Source of the DNA: Squalus acanthias
Taxonomy: Eukaryota
Reading direction: 5' to 3'
DNA length: 64,000 nt
Assembly (NCBI GenBank): GCA_030390025.1
Contig: JASTWF010000109.1
Location: 496,001-560,000, forward strand
Shown: positions 13,376 through 27,388 of the stretch, in pieces
Position numbering within the stretch: the stretch's first letter is position 1
Layout: every line of letters begins with the position of its first letter
Program-made: the position numbers and the translations under genes
Notes under the pieces: generated by a model
What the model was told of the DNA's origin: nothing
The model's database searches: none
The model's input: the letters and a program-made list of their open reading frames with translations, nothing else

Positions 13376-14586
13376 GAATCATAGAAAGTTACAGCACGGA
13401 AGAAGGCCATTTCGGCCTATCGTGTCCGTGCCGGCCAACAAAGAGCAATCCAGTCTAATCCCACTTCCCAGCTCTTGTTCCGTAGCCCTGCAGGTCAGAG
13501 CATCCCAAGTGCACGTCCAAGTACTTTTTAAATGTGGTTCGGTTTTCTGCCTCTACCACCCTTTCAGGCAGTGAGTTCCAGACCCCCACAAACTTCTGGG
13601 TGAAGACATTTCCACTCAAATCCACTCCAAACCTTCCACCAATTTCTTTAAATCTGTGCCCCTTGGTTTTTGAGCACTCTGCTAAGGTAAATAGGTCAAT
13701 TCTATCCACTTTATCTCGGCACCTCATAATCTTATACATCTCAATAAGGTCTCCCCTCAGCCTCCTCTGTTCCAAGGAAAACAGACCCAGCCTATCCAGT
13801 CTTTCCTCATAGCTAAGGTTCTCTACTCCAGGCAACATCCTTGTAAATCTCCTCTGTATACTCTCTAGTGCAATCACATCTTTCCTGTAATGTGGAGACC
13901 AGAACTGCAAGCAGAACTCTAGCTGAGGCCTAACTAGTATTTTATACAGTTGAAGCATAACCCCCCTGCTCTTGTATTCTATGCCACGGCTAATAAAGAG
14001 AAGCATTCCGTATGCCTTCTTAACCACCTTATCTAGCTGGCCTGCTACCTTCAGGGATGAGTGGACATGCACTTCAAGTTCCCTTTGTTCCTCGACACTA
14101 CTCATGGTCCTACCATTTAATATGTATTCCCTTTCCTTGTTAGCCCTCCCTAAAATCATTACCGAACACTTCTAAGGATTGAATTCCATTTGCCACTGTT
14201 CTGCCCACCTGACCACTTTATTGAAATATTCCTGCAGTCTACAGCATCGTTCTTCAGTATCAAATACACAGCCTATTTTAGTATCATCTGCAAACTTCTT
14301 AAACATACACCCTATATTCAAGTCTAGATCATTGATATATACCACAAAAAGCAAGGGACCTAGTACTGGGCGGTGCGGAACTCCACTGGAAACAGCCTTC
14401 CAGTCAGAAAAAACATCTACCAATCATTGCCCTCTGCTTCCTGTATCCGAGCCAGTTTTGAATCCAACTTGACACTTTGCCCTGGATCCCATGGGCTTTT
14501 AACTTCGTGATCAGTCTGCCATATGGAACCATATAAAAATTCTTGCTAAAGTCCATATGCACTGAATCAAACGCACCACTCTCATC
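13376..14586 (-). mobile_element. 5'-truncated CR1-type LINE
   Basis: RT motifs VSSGVP..LGPLLFVVYINDLD and FADDTKI, ORF 13455-14159, and a TTCTATGATTCT tail. Confidence 0.93.
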
Positions 14587-15120
14587 TAGTGTAATATAAA
14601 CAGAGACAGGGTCCAGTGTAATATAAACAGAGACAGGGTCTAGTGTAACATAAACAGAGACAGGTTCTAGTGTAATATAAACTGAGACAGGGTTTAGTTT
14701 AATATAAACAGAGACAGGGCCTAGTGTAATACAAACAGTGACAGGATCTACTGTAATATAAACAGATACAGGGCATAGTTTAATATTAACAGAGACACGT
14801 TCTAGTGCAATATAAACAGAGACAGGGTCTTTTGCAAGATTAAAAGAGACAGGGAATAGGGTAATATAAACAGTGACACGGCCTAATGCAGTAAAAGCAG
14901 AGACAGGTTCTAGTGTAATATAAAGATTGACAGAATTTAGTGGAATGTAAACAGAGACAGATTCTAATGCAGTAATAACTGACACAGGGACTGGTGCAAT
15001 ATAAACAAAGACAAGGTTTAGTGTAATAAAAACAGAGACGAGGCCTGCTGTAATATAAACAGAGAAAGGGTCTAATGCAGTAATAACTGAGACAAGGTTT
15101 AGTCTAATATAAACAATGAA
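14587..15120 (-). repeat. 27-bp satellite array, reverse orientation
   Basis: Direct reading. It abuts the CR1 5' truncation point. Confidence 0.9.
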
Positions 15121-15540
15121 GTTTGCACTACCACCTTGTGGCCGAAGGTTGCCATTACACCAGAGCAAAATATTGCCATTGCTCATGTTGTGAAAATTGC
15201 GATGCCAGTTACTGTTTATGATATAAACGTATCAAGAAACACCTTTATTTGATGTGCCAACTCATCACCATCTCCGGAAGGTCCCAAAGGATTAAAGTGC
15301 ACCAAGTTGCAGATTAACGTGGCCTATTTTACACACAAAACGTCAGCAAAAGTGAAAAATGGCTGGATTCCTGTTAATCTGTTTCTGTTGAAATTGGTTG
15401 AAGGGAAGAATGTATAACAGGACACAGTGAGGGTCCATGGGAGCTTTAATGTCCAGTTCAATAGAGAAGGTGTGTTGGGAGAAATGATTGATTCCTGATA
15501 TCACCTCAAAGATACCGCCTTTTCAGTACTGCACCAACAA

Positions 15541-17895
15541 GGGAGGGGGCGGTTCTGGACTGAGTTTTAGGGAATGAAGCTGGGCAGGTAGAAGGCGTAT
15601 CAGTAGGGGAGGATTTTTGGTGCTAGTGACCATAATTCAGTTAGATTTAAGGTAGTTATGGAAAAGGACATCGATAGACCAGGAATAAAAATTCGAAACA
15701 GGGCAAAAGCAAGTTTTGCTAAGCTCAGAGAGGATATCGCCACAGTGGACTGGAAACAGCTACTTGAAGGTAAATCAGTGTCAGAGCAGTGAGAGGCATT
15801 CAAGGAGGAGATCCGGAGGGTCATACCAAATATGTGCCCTTAAAGAAAAAAGGTCGGAGCAACATATCTAGAGACACCTGGATGTCTCGGGACATACAGG
15901 GTAGGATGAAGAAAGAAAGGGAGGCGTATGACAGATACCAAGGGCTAAATACTGTAGAATCTTTAGAGGAGTACATAAAGTGCAGGAGTGCAATTAAAAA
16001 AGGATATTAGGAAAGCAAAGAGAGAGCATGGCAAATTCTTGGCAAGTAAAACCGAGGAAAAGCCAAAGATGTTTTATAAATATATTAAGGATAAGTGGAT
16101 AACTAAAGAAAATGTAGGGCCCATTAGAGATCATGAGGGTCATCTGTGTGTGGAGGCGCGAGACGTCGGCAGGGTTTTGAATGAATACTTTGCGTCTGTT
16201 TTCGCAAAGGAGAGGGGCGAAATAGGCATTGCTATCAGGGAGGACGTGTGTGAAATATTAGATGAAATAATCATAGAGAGAGAGGAGGTATTAAGTTGTT
16301 CAGCTGCTTTAAAAGTGGATAAATCCCCAGGCCCGGATAAAATGTATCCAAGGCTGTTAAGCAGGGCAAAAGTGGAAATAGCAGAGGCCCTGACCATCAT
16401 TTTCCAATTCTCTCTGGCTTCAGGTGTGGTGTAGACAACTGGACAGCTGCTAACGTGGTTTAAAAAGGGGGAAAAGCAAAGACCGAGTAATTGCAGTCCA
16501 GTCAGCCTAAACTCGGTGGTGGGAACATTATTGGAAAGAATTCTGAAGGAGAGGATAAATCTTCATTTAGAAAGACACGCATTAATCAAGGATAATCAGC
16601 ACGGATTTGTTAAGGGACGTTCGTGTCTGACAAACTTGATTGCATTTTTTGAGCAGGTAACAAGGATGTTCGATGAGGGTAGTTCATTTGATGTCGTGTA
16701 TACGGACTTTAGCAAGTCTTTTGACAATGTGCCACATGGCAGACTGGTCACGAAGTTAAATGCCCATGGGATCCAGGGCAAAGTGTCAAGTTGAATTCAT
16801 AACTGGCTCGGTGGCAGGAAGCAGAGGGAAATGATTGATGGGTGTTTTTGTGACTGGAAGACTGTTTCCAGTGGGGTTCTGAAGGGTTCAGTGCTAGGTC
16901 CCTTGCTTTTTGTGGTATATATCAATGATCTAGACTTGAATATAGGGGGTATGATTAAGAAGTTTGCAGATGATACTAAAATCAGCTGTGTGGTTGATAC
17001 TGAAGAAGGAAGCAGTAGACTGCAGGAAGATTTCAATAAATTGGTCAGATGGGCAGAACAGTGGCAAATGGAATTCAATACGGAGAAGTGTGAGGTAATG
17101 CATTTGGAGAGGGCTAATAACGAAAGGCAATACACATTGAATGGTAGGACACTGAGTAGTGTAGAGGAACAAAGGGACCTTGCAGTGCATGTCCACAGAT
17201 CCCTGAAGTTAGCAGGCCAGGTAGATAAGAAGGTTAAGAAGGCATACGGAATGTTTGCCTTTATTAGCCGTGGCATAGAATACAAGAGCAGGGGGGTTAT
17301 GCTTCAACTGTATAAAACAATAGTTGAGCCTCAGCTAGAGTACTGCGTGCAGTTCTGATCAACACATCACCGCAAATATGTGATAGCAGTAGAGAGGATA
17401 CAGAGGTGATTTACAAGGATGTTGCCGGGAGTAGAGAATATTAGCTAAGAGGAAAGACTGGATTGGCTGGGCCTGTTTTCTTTGGAACAGAGGAGGCTGA
17501 GGGGAGACATTATTGAGGTGTATAAAATGATGAGGGGCCTAGATAAAGTGGATAGAAATGACATATTTCCCTTCGCAGAGGGGTCAAAAACCAGGGGGAA
17601 CAGATTTAAAGTAATTGGTGGAAGGTTTAGATGTGATTAGAGGGGAAATTTCTTCACCCGGAGGATTGTGGGGGTCTGGAACTCACTGCCTGAAAGGGTG
17701 GTAGAGGCAGAATCCCCAACCACATTTAAAAAGTACTTGGATGTGCACTTGGGATGCTGTACCCTGCAGGGCTACGGACCAAGAGCTGGGAAGTGGGATT
17801 AGGATGGATATATCTTTGTTGGCCGGCGCGGATAGGATAGGCCGAAATGGCCTCCTTCCGTGCTTTAAATTTCTATGATTCTATGATTCTATGAT
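15541..17895 (+). mobile_element. CR1-type LINE, degenerate ORF2
   Basis: Contains KSPGPDKMYPRLL, QHGFVKGRSCLTNLI and FADDTKI with many stops, and ends in an (ATTCTATG)3 tail. Confidence 0.95.
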
Positions 17896-18139
17896 TAGAC
17901 GCCTAGTTAATGTGCTCTGAGGTTGAGGTGGAATCCACAATCTACTGATTCTGAAACCAGAATCATGTCACTTTAGCCAAACTGCCACTAAAATATCTCA
18001 TGGACTCAGGTGAAATTTGATATCCACTATTTAAAATAATTTTGGATAATATCGTTGTCATTAAGCGTCCGTATACTAATATCACAAATATCAACCTCAA
18101 GAGTACAATTAGAAAAGTTGTGATTCGTGTAATTTAAAT

Positions 18140-18490
18140 AGATAGAATCGTGCAATCTTATTGCACAGAAGGAACATTCCGCAATTTGCGCCTGTGTCCG
18201 CTCTTTGAAGGAGATATCCAATTAGTCCCACTCTCCTGCTCTTTCTCCAACTGCCTGCAAATGTTTCCTTTACAACATATTTCCAAGTCCCTTTTGATAG
18301 TTTATGTTGACTCTGCTTCCACCAGCCTTTCAGGCAGTGCATTCCAGATCAAATCATCTTGCTGTTTAAAAAATTATCCTCTTCTCCCTCTGATATTTAG
18401 CTAAATATATGAAACCTCTGTCCTCTGTTCACCGACACTCCTGTCAGCTGCATCTGTATCTCACTAGCAGATTTATCAATTACCTTCATA
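18140..18490 (-). mobile_element. Old CR1 3' fragment
   Basis: Reverse-complement similarity to 6070-6312. Confidence 0.55.
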
Positions 18491-18654
18491 AAGACAAAGC
18501 TTGGAAAGGCAGGGGCATTAATTTCTGATTGCTGCCAGAGATTGATTGGTAGATTTTATTTAAGAAAGGATATTAAATGTAACAAAACAAAGGTGGCTTG
18601 ATAGAGTTAATATAACGATCAGCCATGATGTGATTAAACAGAGGCATGGCAGTA

Positions 18655-19710
18655 TTACCTGAGAAAGGGTATCGTGTAACTTAAAGAGCAGTATGGTCTA
18701 GTGCATCAATATCAGCTAAAAGGTCGAGTGCAATAGAAACTGACCTTGTCTGGTGCAAAAACAAACGAGACAGTGCCTAGTGTAACATAAACAGACAATG
18801 CAGAGTGTAATATAAACAGAGGCAGAGTTTAGTGTAATAGAAATAGAGATATTGTCTGGTATATTAACAACTGAGATAGGGCCTAATGTAATATAAAGAG
18901 AGACAGGATCTATGGTAAAATAAACACAGACAGGGTCTTGTGTAATATAAAGAGAGACAGACATAGTGTAATTGAAACAGAGACAGGGTCAATTGTAATT
19001 TAAACAGAGACAGGGACTTGTGTAATATAAACAGAGACATGGTCTAGTGTAATATAAACAGAGACAGGTCTAGTGCAATATAAACAGAAACAGGGTCTAG
19101 TGTATTATAAACAGAGACAGGGATTAGTGCAAAATAAACAGCGACAGGGCCTATTGTAATTTAAACAGAGACAGGATCTAGTGTAATATAAGCGGAGACA
19201 TGGTCGAGTGTAATATAAACAGAGACAGCGTCTAGTTTAATGATAACAGCAATAGGGCAGATTGTAATATAAACAGAGGCAGCGCCCAGGGTAATATAAA
19301 CAGAGACAGAGTCCTGTGTAAAGGAAACAAAGACAGGGTCTAGTGTAATATAAACAGAGACAGGGTCTAGATTAATAATAACAACAATAGGGTATATTGT
19401 AATATAAACAGAGACAGCGCCTAGGGTAATATAAACAGAGACAGAGTCTATTGGAAAGTAAACAAAGACAGGGTCTTGTGTAATATAAACAGCGACATGT
19501 TTTGTGTAATATGTAGAGAGACAGGGTCTAGTGTAATATAAACCCAGACAATATCTAGTGCAATATAAACAGAGACAGGGTCTAGTGTAATAGAAACAGA
19601 GACAGTGTCTAGTGTAATATAATCAGAGACAGGGTCTATTGTAATATTAGCAGAGACAGGGTCTAGTTTAATATAAACAGAGACAGGTTCTAATGTAATA
19701 TAAACAGAGA
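18655..19710 (-). repeat. 27-bp satellite array, reverse orientation
   Basis: Direct reading. Confidence 0.9.
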
Positions 19711-22700
19711 CAACTCGCTGATAGCGCAAAAAATTGGAGGGTTGCCCCTCAATAAACTTGGATCAATGTCCTCGCGGGGTCGGGGGGGGGGGCAGTGATT
19801 GGGTGTTGCTGGTGCTGTAGGGGAGGGTTTAACCTAGCTTGGCAGGGGGGTGGGAATCTGAGAGTATTTTCAGATGGGCAAGAAGCAAACTTGGAAATGG
19901 AAGGCAGAAAATTAGTAAGCGAGGTTGGAGGGCAGAGGAAAGAAAGACTATTAATTGGACAACAAATAAGTTTGGCAGTGCTAAATGCCATATTTGTCAA
20001 AGCAAGGAGTCTAGGGATTAAAGCAGATGATCTGAGCGCACATACAGACACGTGAGAGTATCATATTATAGCTGTTACTGAGACATGGCTGAAAGAAGGA
20101 CAGGAATGGCAACTCAACATTCCTGGTTACAGGGATTCAGATGAGATAGAGCGGGGATAAAAAAGAGGCGGGGTCGCAATATTGATTAAAGAATCAATTA
20201 CAGCTGTGAGGAGGGACGATATCTTAGAAGGATTATCAAATGCGGCCATATGGGTTGAACTGATATACAAAAAAGAGGCAATCGCATTGCTGGTCAGAGG
20301 GAGTTAGAAGAGCAAATATGTCGGAAAATTTCTGAGACGTGCAGAAATAGGACAGTAACAGGAGGGGATTTCAACTCCCCTAATAATAACTGCGATAAAA
20401 TTAGTTTGAAAGTTATAGAGGGAGCAGAATTCTTAAAATTAATTCAGGAGATCATATTGTAGCCAGTACGTAGCAAGCCCAACAAGAGAGGGGGCGGTTT
20501 TGGATCTAGTTTTAGGGAATGAAGCTGGACAGGTGGAAAGGGTATCAGTGGGAGTGCATCTTGCTGGTAGTGATCATAACTCAGTTAGACTTAGGGCAGC
20601 TTATGAAAAGGACAAGGAAAGACCAGGAATTAATGTTCTCAATTGGGGAAAAGCTAATTTTACTAAGCTGAGAGGTGATTTAGCCAAGGTGGACTGGAGA
20701 CAGAAATCTGAAGGTAAACCAGTGTCAGAGCAATGGGAGGCATTCAAGGAGGAGATAGTGCGGGTTCAGAGCAAGTATGATCCCTTAAAGAAAAAGGGTG
20801 GGACTCACAAATCTAGACCTCCCTGGATGTCATGGGGCCTACAGGGTAGGATAAAGATAAAAAAGTGAAGATGATGACAGATCTCGAGGACTCAACACTG
20901 CAGAAAGCCGAGAAGAGAAGAGAAAGAGCAGCGGTGACGTTCAATAGGAAATTAGGAAAGCAAAGAGAGGGCATGAAACAATAATGGCAAGTAAAATCAA
21001 GGAAAATCCAAAGATGTTTTATAAATACATTAAGAGCAAGAGGATAACTAAACTAAGTGTAGGGCCTATTAGGGACCATGACGATAAACTGTGTGTGGAA
21101 GGGGAAGACATGGATATGGTTCTTAATGAATACTTTGCGTCTGTTTTCAAAAAGAGACGGACGATGCAGACATTGCAATCAAGGGGGAGGAGTGTGAAAT
21201 ATTAGATGAAATAAACAGAGTGAAAGAGGAATTATTAAGGGGTTTAGCCTCTTTGAAAGTGGATAAATCTCGAGGCCCGAATTATAAGCATCCCAGACTG
21301 TTAAGAGAAGTAAGGGAGGAAATACCAAAGGCTCTGATAATCATTTTCCAATCCTGTCTAGTTACAGGTGTGGTGCCGGAGGACTGGAGGACTGCTGATG
21401 TGTTACCGTTGTTCAAAAAGGGAGAAAAGGAAAGACCGATTAATTATAGGCCAGCCTGCCTAACTTCTGTGGTGGGAACATTTTGAGAAATATTCAGAAG
21501 GACGGGATATATCATCATTTTGAAGTACACGGATTAATTAGGGATAGTCAGCATGGATTTAAAAGGGAAGGTCGTTTCTGACTAAATTAATTGCATTTTT
21601 GAGGAGGTAACAAGGAGGTTCGATGAGGGTAGAGCATTTCATGCAGGTTAGATTGATTTTAGCAAGGCTTTTAATAAGGTCCCGCATGGTAGATTGGTCA
21701 GGAAAGTAAAAGCCCAAGGGATCCAAGGCAAAGTGGCAAGTTGGTTCCAAAATTGGCTCAGAGGTAGGAAACAAAGGGTAATGGTAGAAGTGTGTTTTTG
21801 TGAATGGAAGACTGTTTCCAGTGGGGTCCTGCAGGGGCCAGTGTTGGGCCCTTTGCTTTTTTGTCGTATATATGAATGATTTGAACTTGAATGTAGGAAG
21901 TATGATTACGAATTTTGCAGATGATACAAAATTTAGTCGTGTGGTTGATAATAAAGAAGAAAGCTGTCGACTGCAGGACGATATCATATCAATGGATTGG
22001 TCAGGTGGGCAGAACAGTGGCAAATGGAATTCAATCTGGAGAAGTGTGAGATAATACTTTTGGGGAGGGCTAACAAGGCAAGGGAATACACTATAAATGG
22101 TAGGACACTGAGAAGTGCAGCAGATCAGAGGGACCTAGGAGTGCTTGTCCACAGATCCCGGAAGGTAGCAGGAAAGGTAGATAAGGTGGTTAAGAAGGCA
22201 TACGGGATACTTGCCTTTATTCGGTGAGGCATAGAATATAAGAGCAGGCAGGTTATGCTTCAACTGTTTAACATACTAGTTAGGCCGCAGCTAGAATACT
22301 GCGTGCAGTTCTGGTCACCTCATTACAAGAAGGATGTGATTGCACTAGAGGGGGTGCAGATGAGATTTACGAGGATTTTGCCCAAGCTGGGGAATATTTA
22401 GCTATGAGGAAAGATTCGATAGGATGGGGTTGTTTTCTTTGGAACAGTGGAGGCTGATGTGAGACCCAATTGAGGTGTAAAATATTATGAGAGGCCTAGA
22501 TAGAGTGGATACGAAACAGCTATTTCCCTTAGCAGAAGTGTCAATAAACAGGCGACATAGATTTAAAGTAATTGGTCGGTGGTTTAGAGTGGATTTGAGG
22601 AGAATTCTTTTCAACCCAGCGGGTGGTGGAGTCTGGAACTCAGTACCTGAAAGGGTGGTCGAGGCAGAGACCCTCAACACTTTTAAAAATACTTCGATAT

Positions 22701-22841
22701 GAACTTGAAGTGACGTAACCTACAAGGCTACGGACCAAGTGCTGGAAAGTGGGATTAGGGTGAATAGCTCTTTGTCGGCCGGCATGGACAAGATGGAACG
22801 AATGGCCTCGTTCTGTGCTTTAAATTTCTATGATTCTATGA
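19711..22841 (+). mobile_element. CR1-type LINE with endonuclease and RT remnants
   Basis: Contains TETWL-like, GDFN, DLVLGNE..SDHNSV and FADDTK motifs, frameshifted, with a TTCTATGATTCTATGA tail. Confidence 0.93.
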
Positions 22842-23126
22842 TAAACCTGTATCCAGCGATGTCCACTGGCGCAGAAGGCTCAAAGTACCCGCGGACACCA
22901 TGTGTTCCCTCCTCTCATCTGCTCAAATACTGTCTGAAAGCTGGAGACACTTTGTGTGTATAACTGAAAAATGGAGAGAGTCGGTGTGGATAAAAGAAAA
23001 AGGTCGAGGGAGTGTGTGTGTGTCTGATGGGCCTCAGGCTCTGGGAATCATTGCCAGCGTTGCGCTCCCTGATGTGTACCGTGTTGTACCCGCCGTGGGA
23101 CTGTTTGATTGGACAGTGTAGATGGT

Positions 23127-26060
23127 GATATAGAGTCATAGAGTTATACAGCACAGAAAGAGGCCCTTCGGCCCATCGTGTCCGCGCTGGCCATCAAGCC
23201 CTGTCTATTCGAATCCCATTTTCCAGCACCTGGTCCGTAGCCTTGTATGCTATGGCGTTTCAAGTGCTCATCTAAATGCTTCTTGAATGTTGTGAGGGTT
23301 CCTGCCTCTGCCACACTTTCAGGCAGTGAGTTCCAGATTCCAACCACCCTCTGGGTGATTTTTTTTCCCTCAAAACCCCTCTCAACCTCCTGCCCCTTAC
23401 CTTGAAACTGTGCCCCCTGGTTATTGACCCCTCTACTAAGGGGAAAAGTTTATTTCCATCTACCCTATCTATGCCCCTCATAATTTTATACACCTCAATC
23501 AGGTCCCCCCTCAGCATTCTTTACTCTAAGGACAACAACCCCAGCCTTTCCAGTCTCTCTTCATAGATGAAGCGCTCCTGCCCAGGTAACATCCCTGGTG
23601 AATCTCCTCTGCACCCTCTCCAATGCAATCACATCCTTCCTATAGTGTGGCGACCGGAACTGCACACTGTATTCCAGCTGTGGCCTAACTAGCTTATTGT
23701 ACATCTCTATCTTAACCTCCCTGCTCTTATATTCTATGCCTCGGCTAAAGAGTGAAAGTAACCAATATGCCTTTTTAACCACCTTCTCTTCCTGTCCTGC
23801 TGCCTTCAGGGATCTATGTACATGCACACCAAGGTCCATCTGATCCTCTGTCCTTCCTAGGATCCTTCTATTCATTGTGTATTCCCTTGCCATGTTTGTC
23901 CTCGCAAAATGCATCACCTCACACTTTTCAGGGTTGAATACCATTTGCCAGTGTTCTGCCCATCTGACCAACCCGTCTATATCGTCCTGTAGCCTGCGGC
24001 TTCCGTCCTCGCTATTTAGCACTTCACCAGTTTTCGTGTCATCTGCGAACTTACTGAAAATACCTTCTACATTCATATATAAATAATTAATGTCCACTAC
24101 AAACAGCAAATGACCCAGCAGCGATCCCTGCAGTGCACCACTAGACTCAGGCTTCCAGTCACAAAAACAACCTTCGACCATCACCCTCTGCCTCCTTCCA
24201 CTAAGCCAATTTTGAATCCAATGTGCCAAATTGCCCTGGATCCCATGGGCTCTCACCTTCATGACCATTCTTCCAGATGGGATTTTGTCAAAAGCCTTAC
24301 TGAAGTCCCTGTAGACTATATCAACTGCACTACCCTCATCCCCACACCTAGTCACCCCCTCGAAAAGTTCAATCAAATTGTTCAAACATGATCTCACCCT
24401 GACAAAGCCATGCTGACTAGCCCTGATTAATCCCTGCCTCTCCAAGTGGAGACTAATTCTGTCCCTCAGAATTTTTTCAAATAATATGCCTAACACTGAT
24501 GTTAGGCTCACTGGCCTGTAACTCTTTGGTTTATCCCTACTACCCTTCTTGAATAATGGTACTACGTTAGCTGTTCTCCAGTCCTCTGGCACATCCCCTG
24601 TGCCCAAAGAGGTTCTGAAAATGTATGTCAGAGCCCCTGCAATCTCCTCCCTTGCCTCACAGAGCAGCCTGGGATACATCCCGTCAGGGCATGGGAATTT
24701 ATCCACTTTTTAGCCCGCTAAAACCCCCAGTACTTTCTCCCTCTCAATACTAAGTTGTTCAGGTATATCACAATCCCCCCTGCCTGATTTCGAAGCCTGC
24801 ATCGTCCTTCTCCATAGTGAACACAGATGCAAAATATCCATTTAAAACCTCACCTACATCTTCCGGCTCTACACACAGATTGCCACTTTGGCCCCTAATG
24901 GGCCCTACTCTTTCCCTGGTTATCCTCTTGCCCTTAATGTACTTATAAAACAGCTTGGGATTTTCCTTTATTTTGCCCGCCAGTGTTTTTTCAAGCCCCC
25001 TCTTCGCTATCCTAATTTCTTTTTTTAATTACGTCCCTGCACTTTCTATACTCCTCTAGGGCTTCCACTGTTTCTAGTCCTATGTATCTCCCAAAAGCCT
25101 CCCTTTTTTTTCCTAATCCTTTCTTTTATATCCCTAGACATCCAGGCTTCACTGGGCTTGTTGGTCCCACCCTTTACCTTGACGGGAACATGTTGGTGTT
25201 GTACTCTCTCTATTTCCTTTATGGAAGACTCCCATTGCTCTGATGTGGATTTTCCTACAATTAGCTGGTCCCAGTCCATTTTGGCCAGATCATGCCTTAT
25301 CCTATTAAAATCGGCCTTCCCCCAGTTTAGAAACTTTATTTCCGGTCCAGCTTTGTCCTTTTCCATGACTACCTTAAATCTCGACGAATTATGGTCACTG
25401 TCACCAAAATGGTCTCCTACTGACACATGTACCACTTGCCCGGCTACATTCCCTAGAATTTGGTCTAGTACCGCCCCTTCACTTGTCGAACTGTCTACAT
25501 GCTGGCACAAAAAGCTCTCCTGGATGCACTTTAAGAATTCCGCACCCTCTGAGCCTTTCACACTCCGACTATCCCAGTTAATATTGGGGAAGTTGAAATC
25601 CCCTACTATTATTACCCTATTATTTCTACACTACTTTGAAATTTGCCTACGTATCTGCTCCTCTATCGCCCTCTGACTGTTTGGGGGCCTATAGTACACT
25701 CCCAGCAAAGTGCTTGCCAGCTTTTTGATTTTAAATTCTACCCATATGGCCTCATTCGAGGGACCTGGTAAGATATCATCCCTCCTTAAAGCAATAATTG
25801 ACTCCTTGAATAATATATCGATACCCCCTCCTCTTTTACACCAGAATCTGTCTCGCCTGAGGATTCTATACCCCGGAATATTGAGCTGTCAGTCCTGCCC
25901 CTCTCTCAACCATGTCTCTGTGATAGCAACAATATCAAACTCCCATGTTTTCATCAACACCTTCAATTCATCTGCCTTACTCGCAAGACTCCTTGCATTA
26001 AAATAAATGCCATCTAGCCATGCAATATTCCTTTGTGCCGTTGCATATTTGCTCTGCCTT
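23127..26060 (-). mobile_element. CR1-type LINE (endonuclease + RT), tail-to-tail with the preceding copy and nested in the 67-bp repeat
   Basis: ORF 23561-24706 (381 aa RT region) and ORF 25046-25561 (GDSDHNS endonuclease end). Units of the 67-bp repeat lie on both sides. Confidence 0.93.
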
Positions 26061-26139
26061 CCACACTGACTAGTTTTTTCCGATATAGTTAGCTGTCCAT
26101 CAACCCCTACTATAGCTCCACTACGTATCCCATCCCCTA

Positions 26140-27020
26140 CTCTGTATCTGATCAGTGCTGTACCTGCCCAGGGAGTGTTTGATTGGACAGTGTAGAATGA
26201 GCATTACTCTGTATCTGACCAGTGCTGTACCTGCCCTGGGAGTGTTTGATGGGACAGTGTAGAATGAGCATTATTCTGTATCTGACCAGTGTTGTTCCTT
26301 CCCTGGGAAAGTTTAATGGAAGAGTATAGAACCAGCTTTACTCTGTATCAAAACCGTGCTGTACTTGCCCTTGGAGTGTTTGATGGGACAGTGTGGAATG
26401 AGCATTAGTCTGTATCTGACCATTGTTGTTCCTTCCCTGGGAAAGTTTAATGGAACAGTATAGAGGCAGCTTTACTCTGTATCTCACCCGTGCTGTACCT
26501 GCCCTTGGAGTGTTTGATGGGACAGTATAGAGGCAGTTTTACTCTGCATCAAAACCGTGCTGCACCTGCCCTGGGAGTGTTTGGTGGGAGAGTGTAGATC
26601 GAGCTTTACTCTGTATCTAACCCGTGCTGTACCTGACCTGGGAGTGTTTGATGGGACAGTGTAGATGGAGCTTTACTCTGTATATAACCCGTGCTGTACC
26701 TGCCCTGGGAGTGTTTGATGAGACAGTGTAGAGGGAGGTTTGCTCTGTATCTAAACCATTCTGTACCTACCCTGGGACTGTTTGATGGGAGAGTGCAGAG
26801 GGAGATTTACTCTGTATCTGACCGGTGCTGTACCTTCCCTGGGATTGTTTGATGGATCAGTGTAGAGGGAGATTTACTCTGTATCTAACCCGTGCTGTAC
26901 CTGCACTGGGACTGTTTAATGGATCAGTGTCGAGGGAGCTTTACTCTGCATGACACTCGTTGTGCATCTGCCCTGGGAGTGTTAGATGGGGAGTGCAAAG
27001 GGAGATTTACCCTGCCATGT
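26140..27020 (-). repeat. ~67-bp tandem repeat (..CTGTACCTGCCCTGGGAGTGTTTGATGGGACAGTGTAGAGGGAGCTTTACTCTGTATCTAACCCGTG..)
   Basis: About 13 units. Reverse complement of the arrays at 52.0-52.8 kb and 62.7-64 kb. Confidence 0.92.
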
Positions 27021-27382
27021 ACTGCACTGAATCAAGTTGTGATAGAGCACAGCCCTGCTCTTTAATAGAACCTGACATGTGACTCTTACAGACCATAATA
27101 TCAGAGGAGACTGCATGGTGCGGCTGGTCGCTGTGCAGTCTTTCCACCTCGTCAGCCTGACATAAAAAGGCCTGGGTAAAGGTGTATTTTCTCTGATGGG
27201 ACACTAGGTGGCGCAGCGGCTTCTTAACCGACGGGACAATGAGTTCAATCACAACTCCAGTGCGGGTGAAAAATACCTGTCGGGGAAATAAAGAAAGTGT
27301 GATAGGGAAAATGGAGCGGTGTGTTGGAGCCTCGCAGAAAGGAAATCAGCAAAGTCTAAGTTAGTCAATTTGTCATTCCAGA

Positions 27383-27388
27383 TTTATT
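27383..27388 (-). terminator. Candidate polyadenylation signal (AATAAA) for membrane-form IgM mRNA
   Basis: AATAAA on the minus strand ~450 nt after the TM2 stop codon. Confidence 0.6.

Noticed and set aside
14404-15186. 260-aa ORF as a novel chimeric gene
   Set aside because: Chance read-through from stop-free satellite into a CR1 RT fragment.
23561-24706. 381-aa RT ORF as an active LINE
   Set aside because: The flanking ORF2 parts are frameshifted or stopped and catalytic-region motifs are degenerate.
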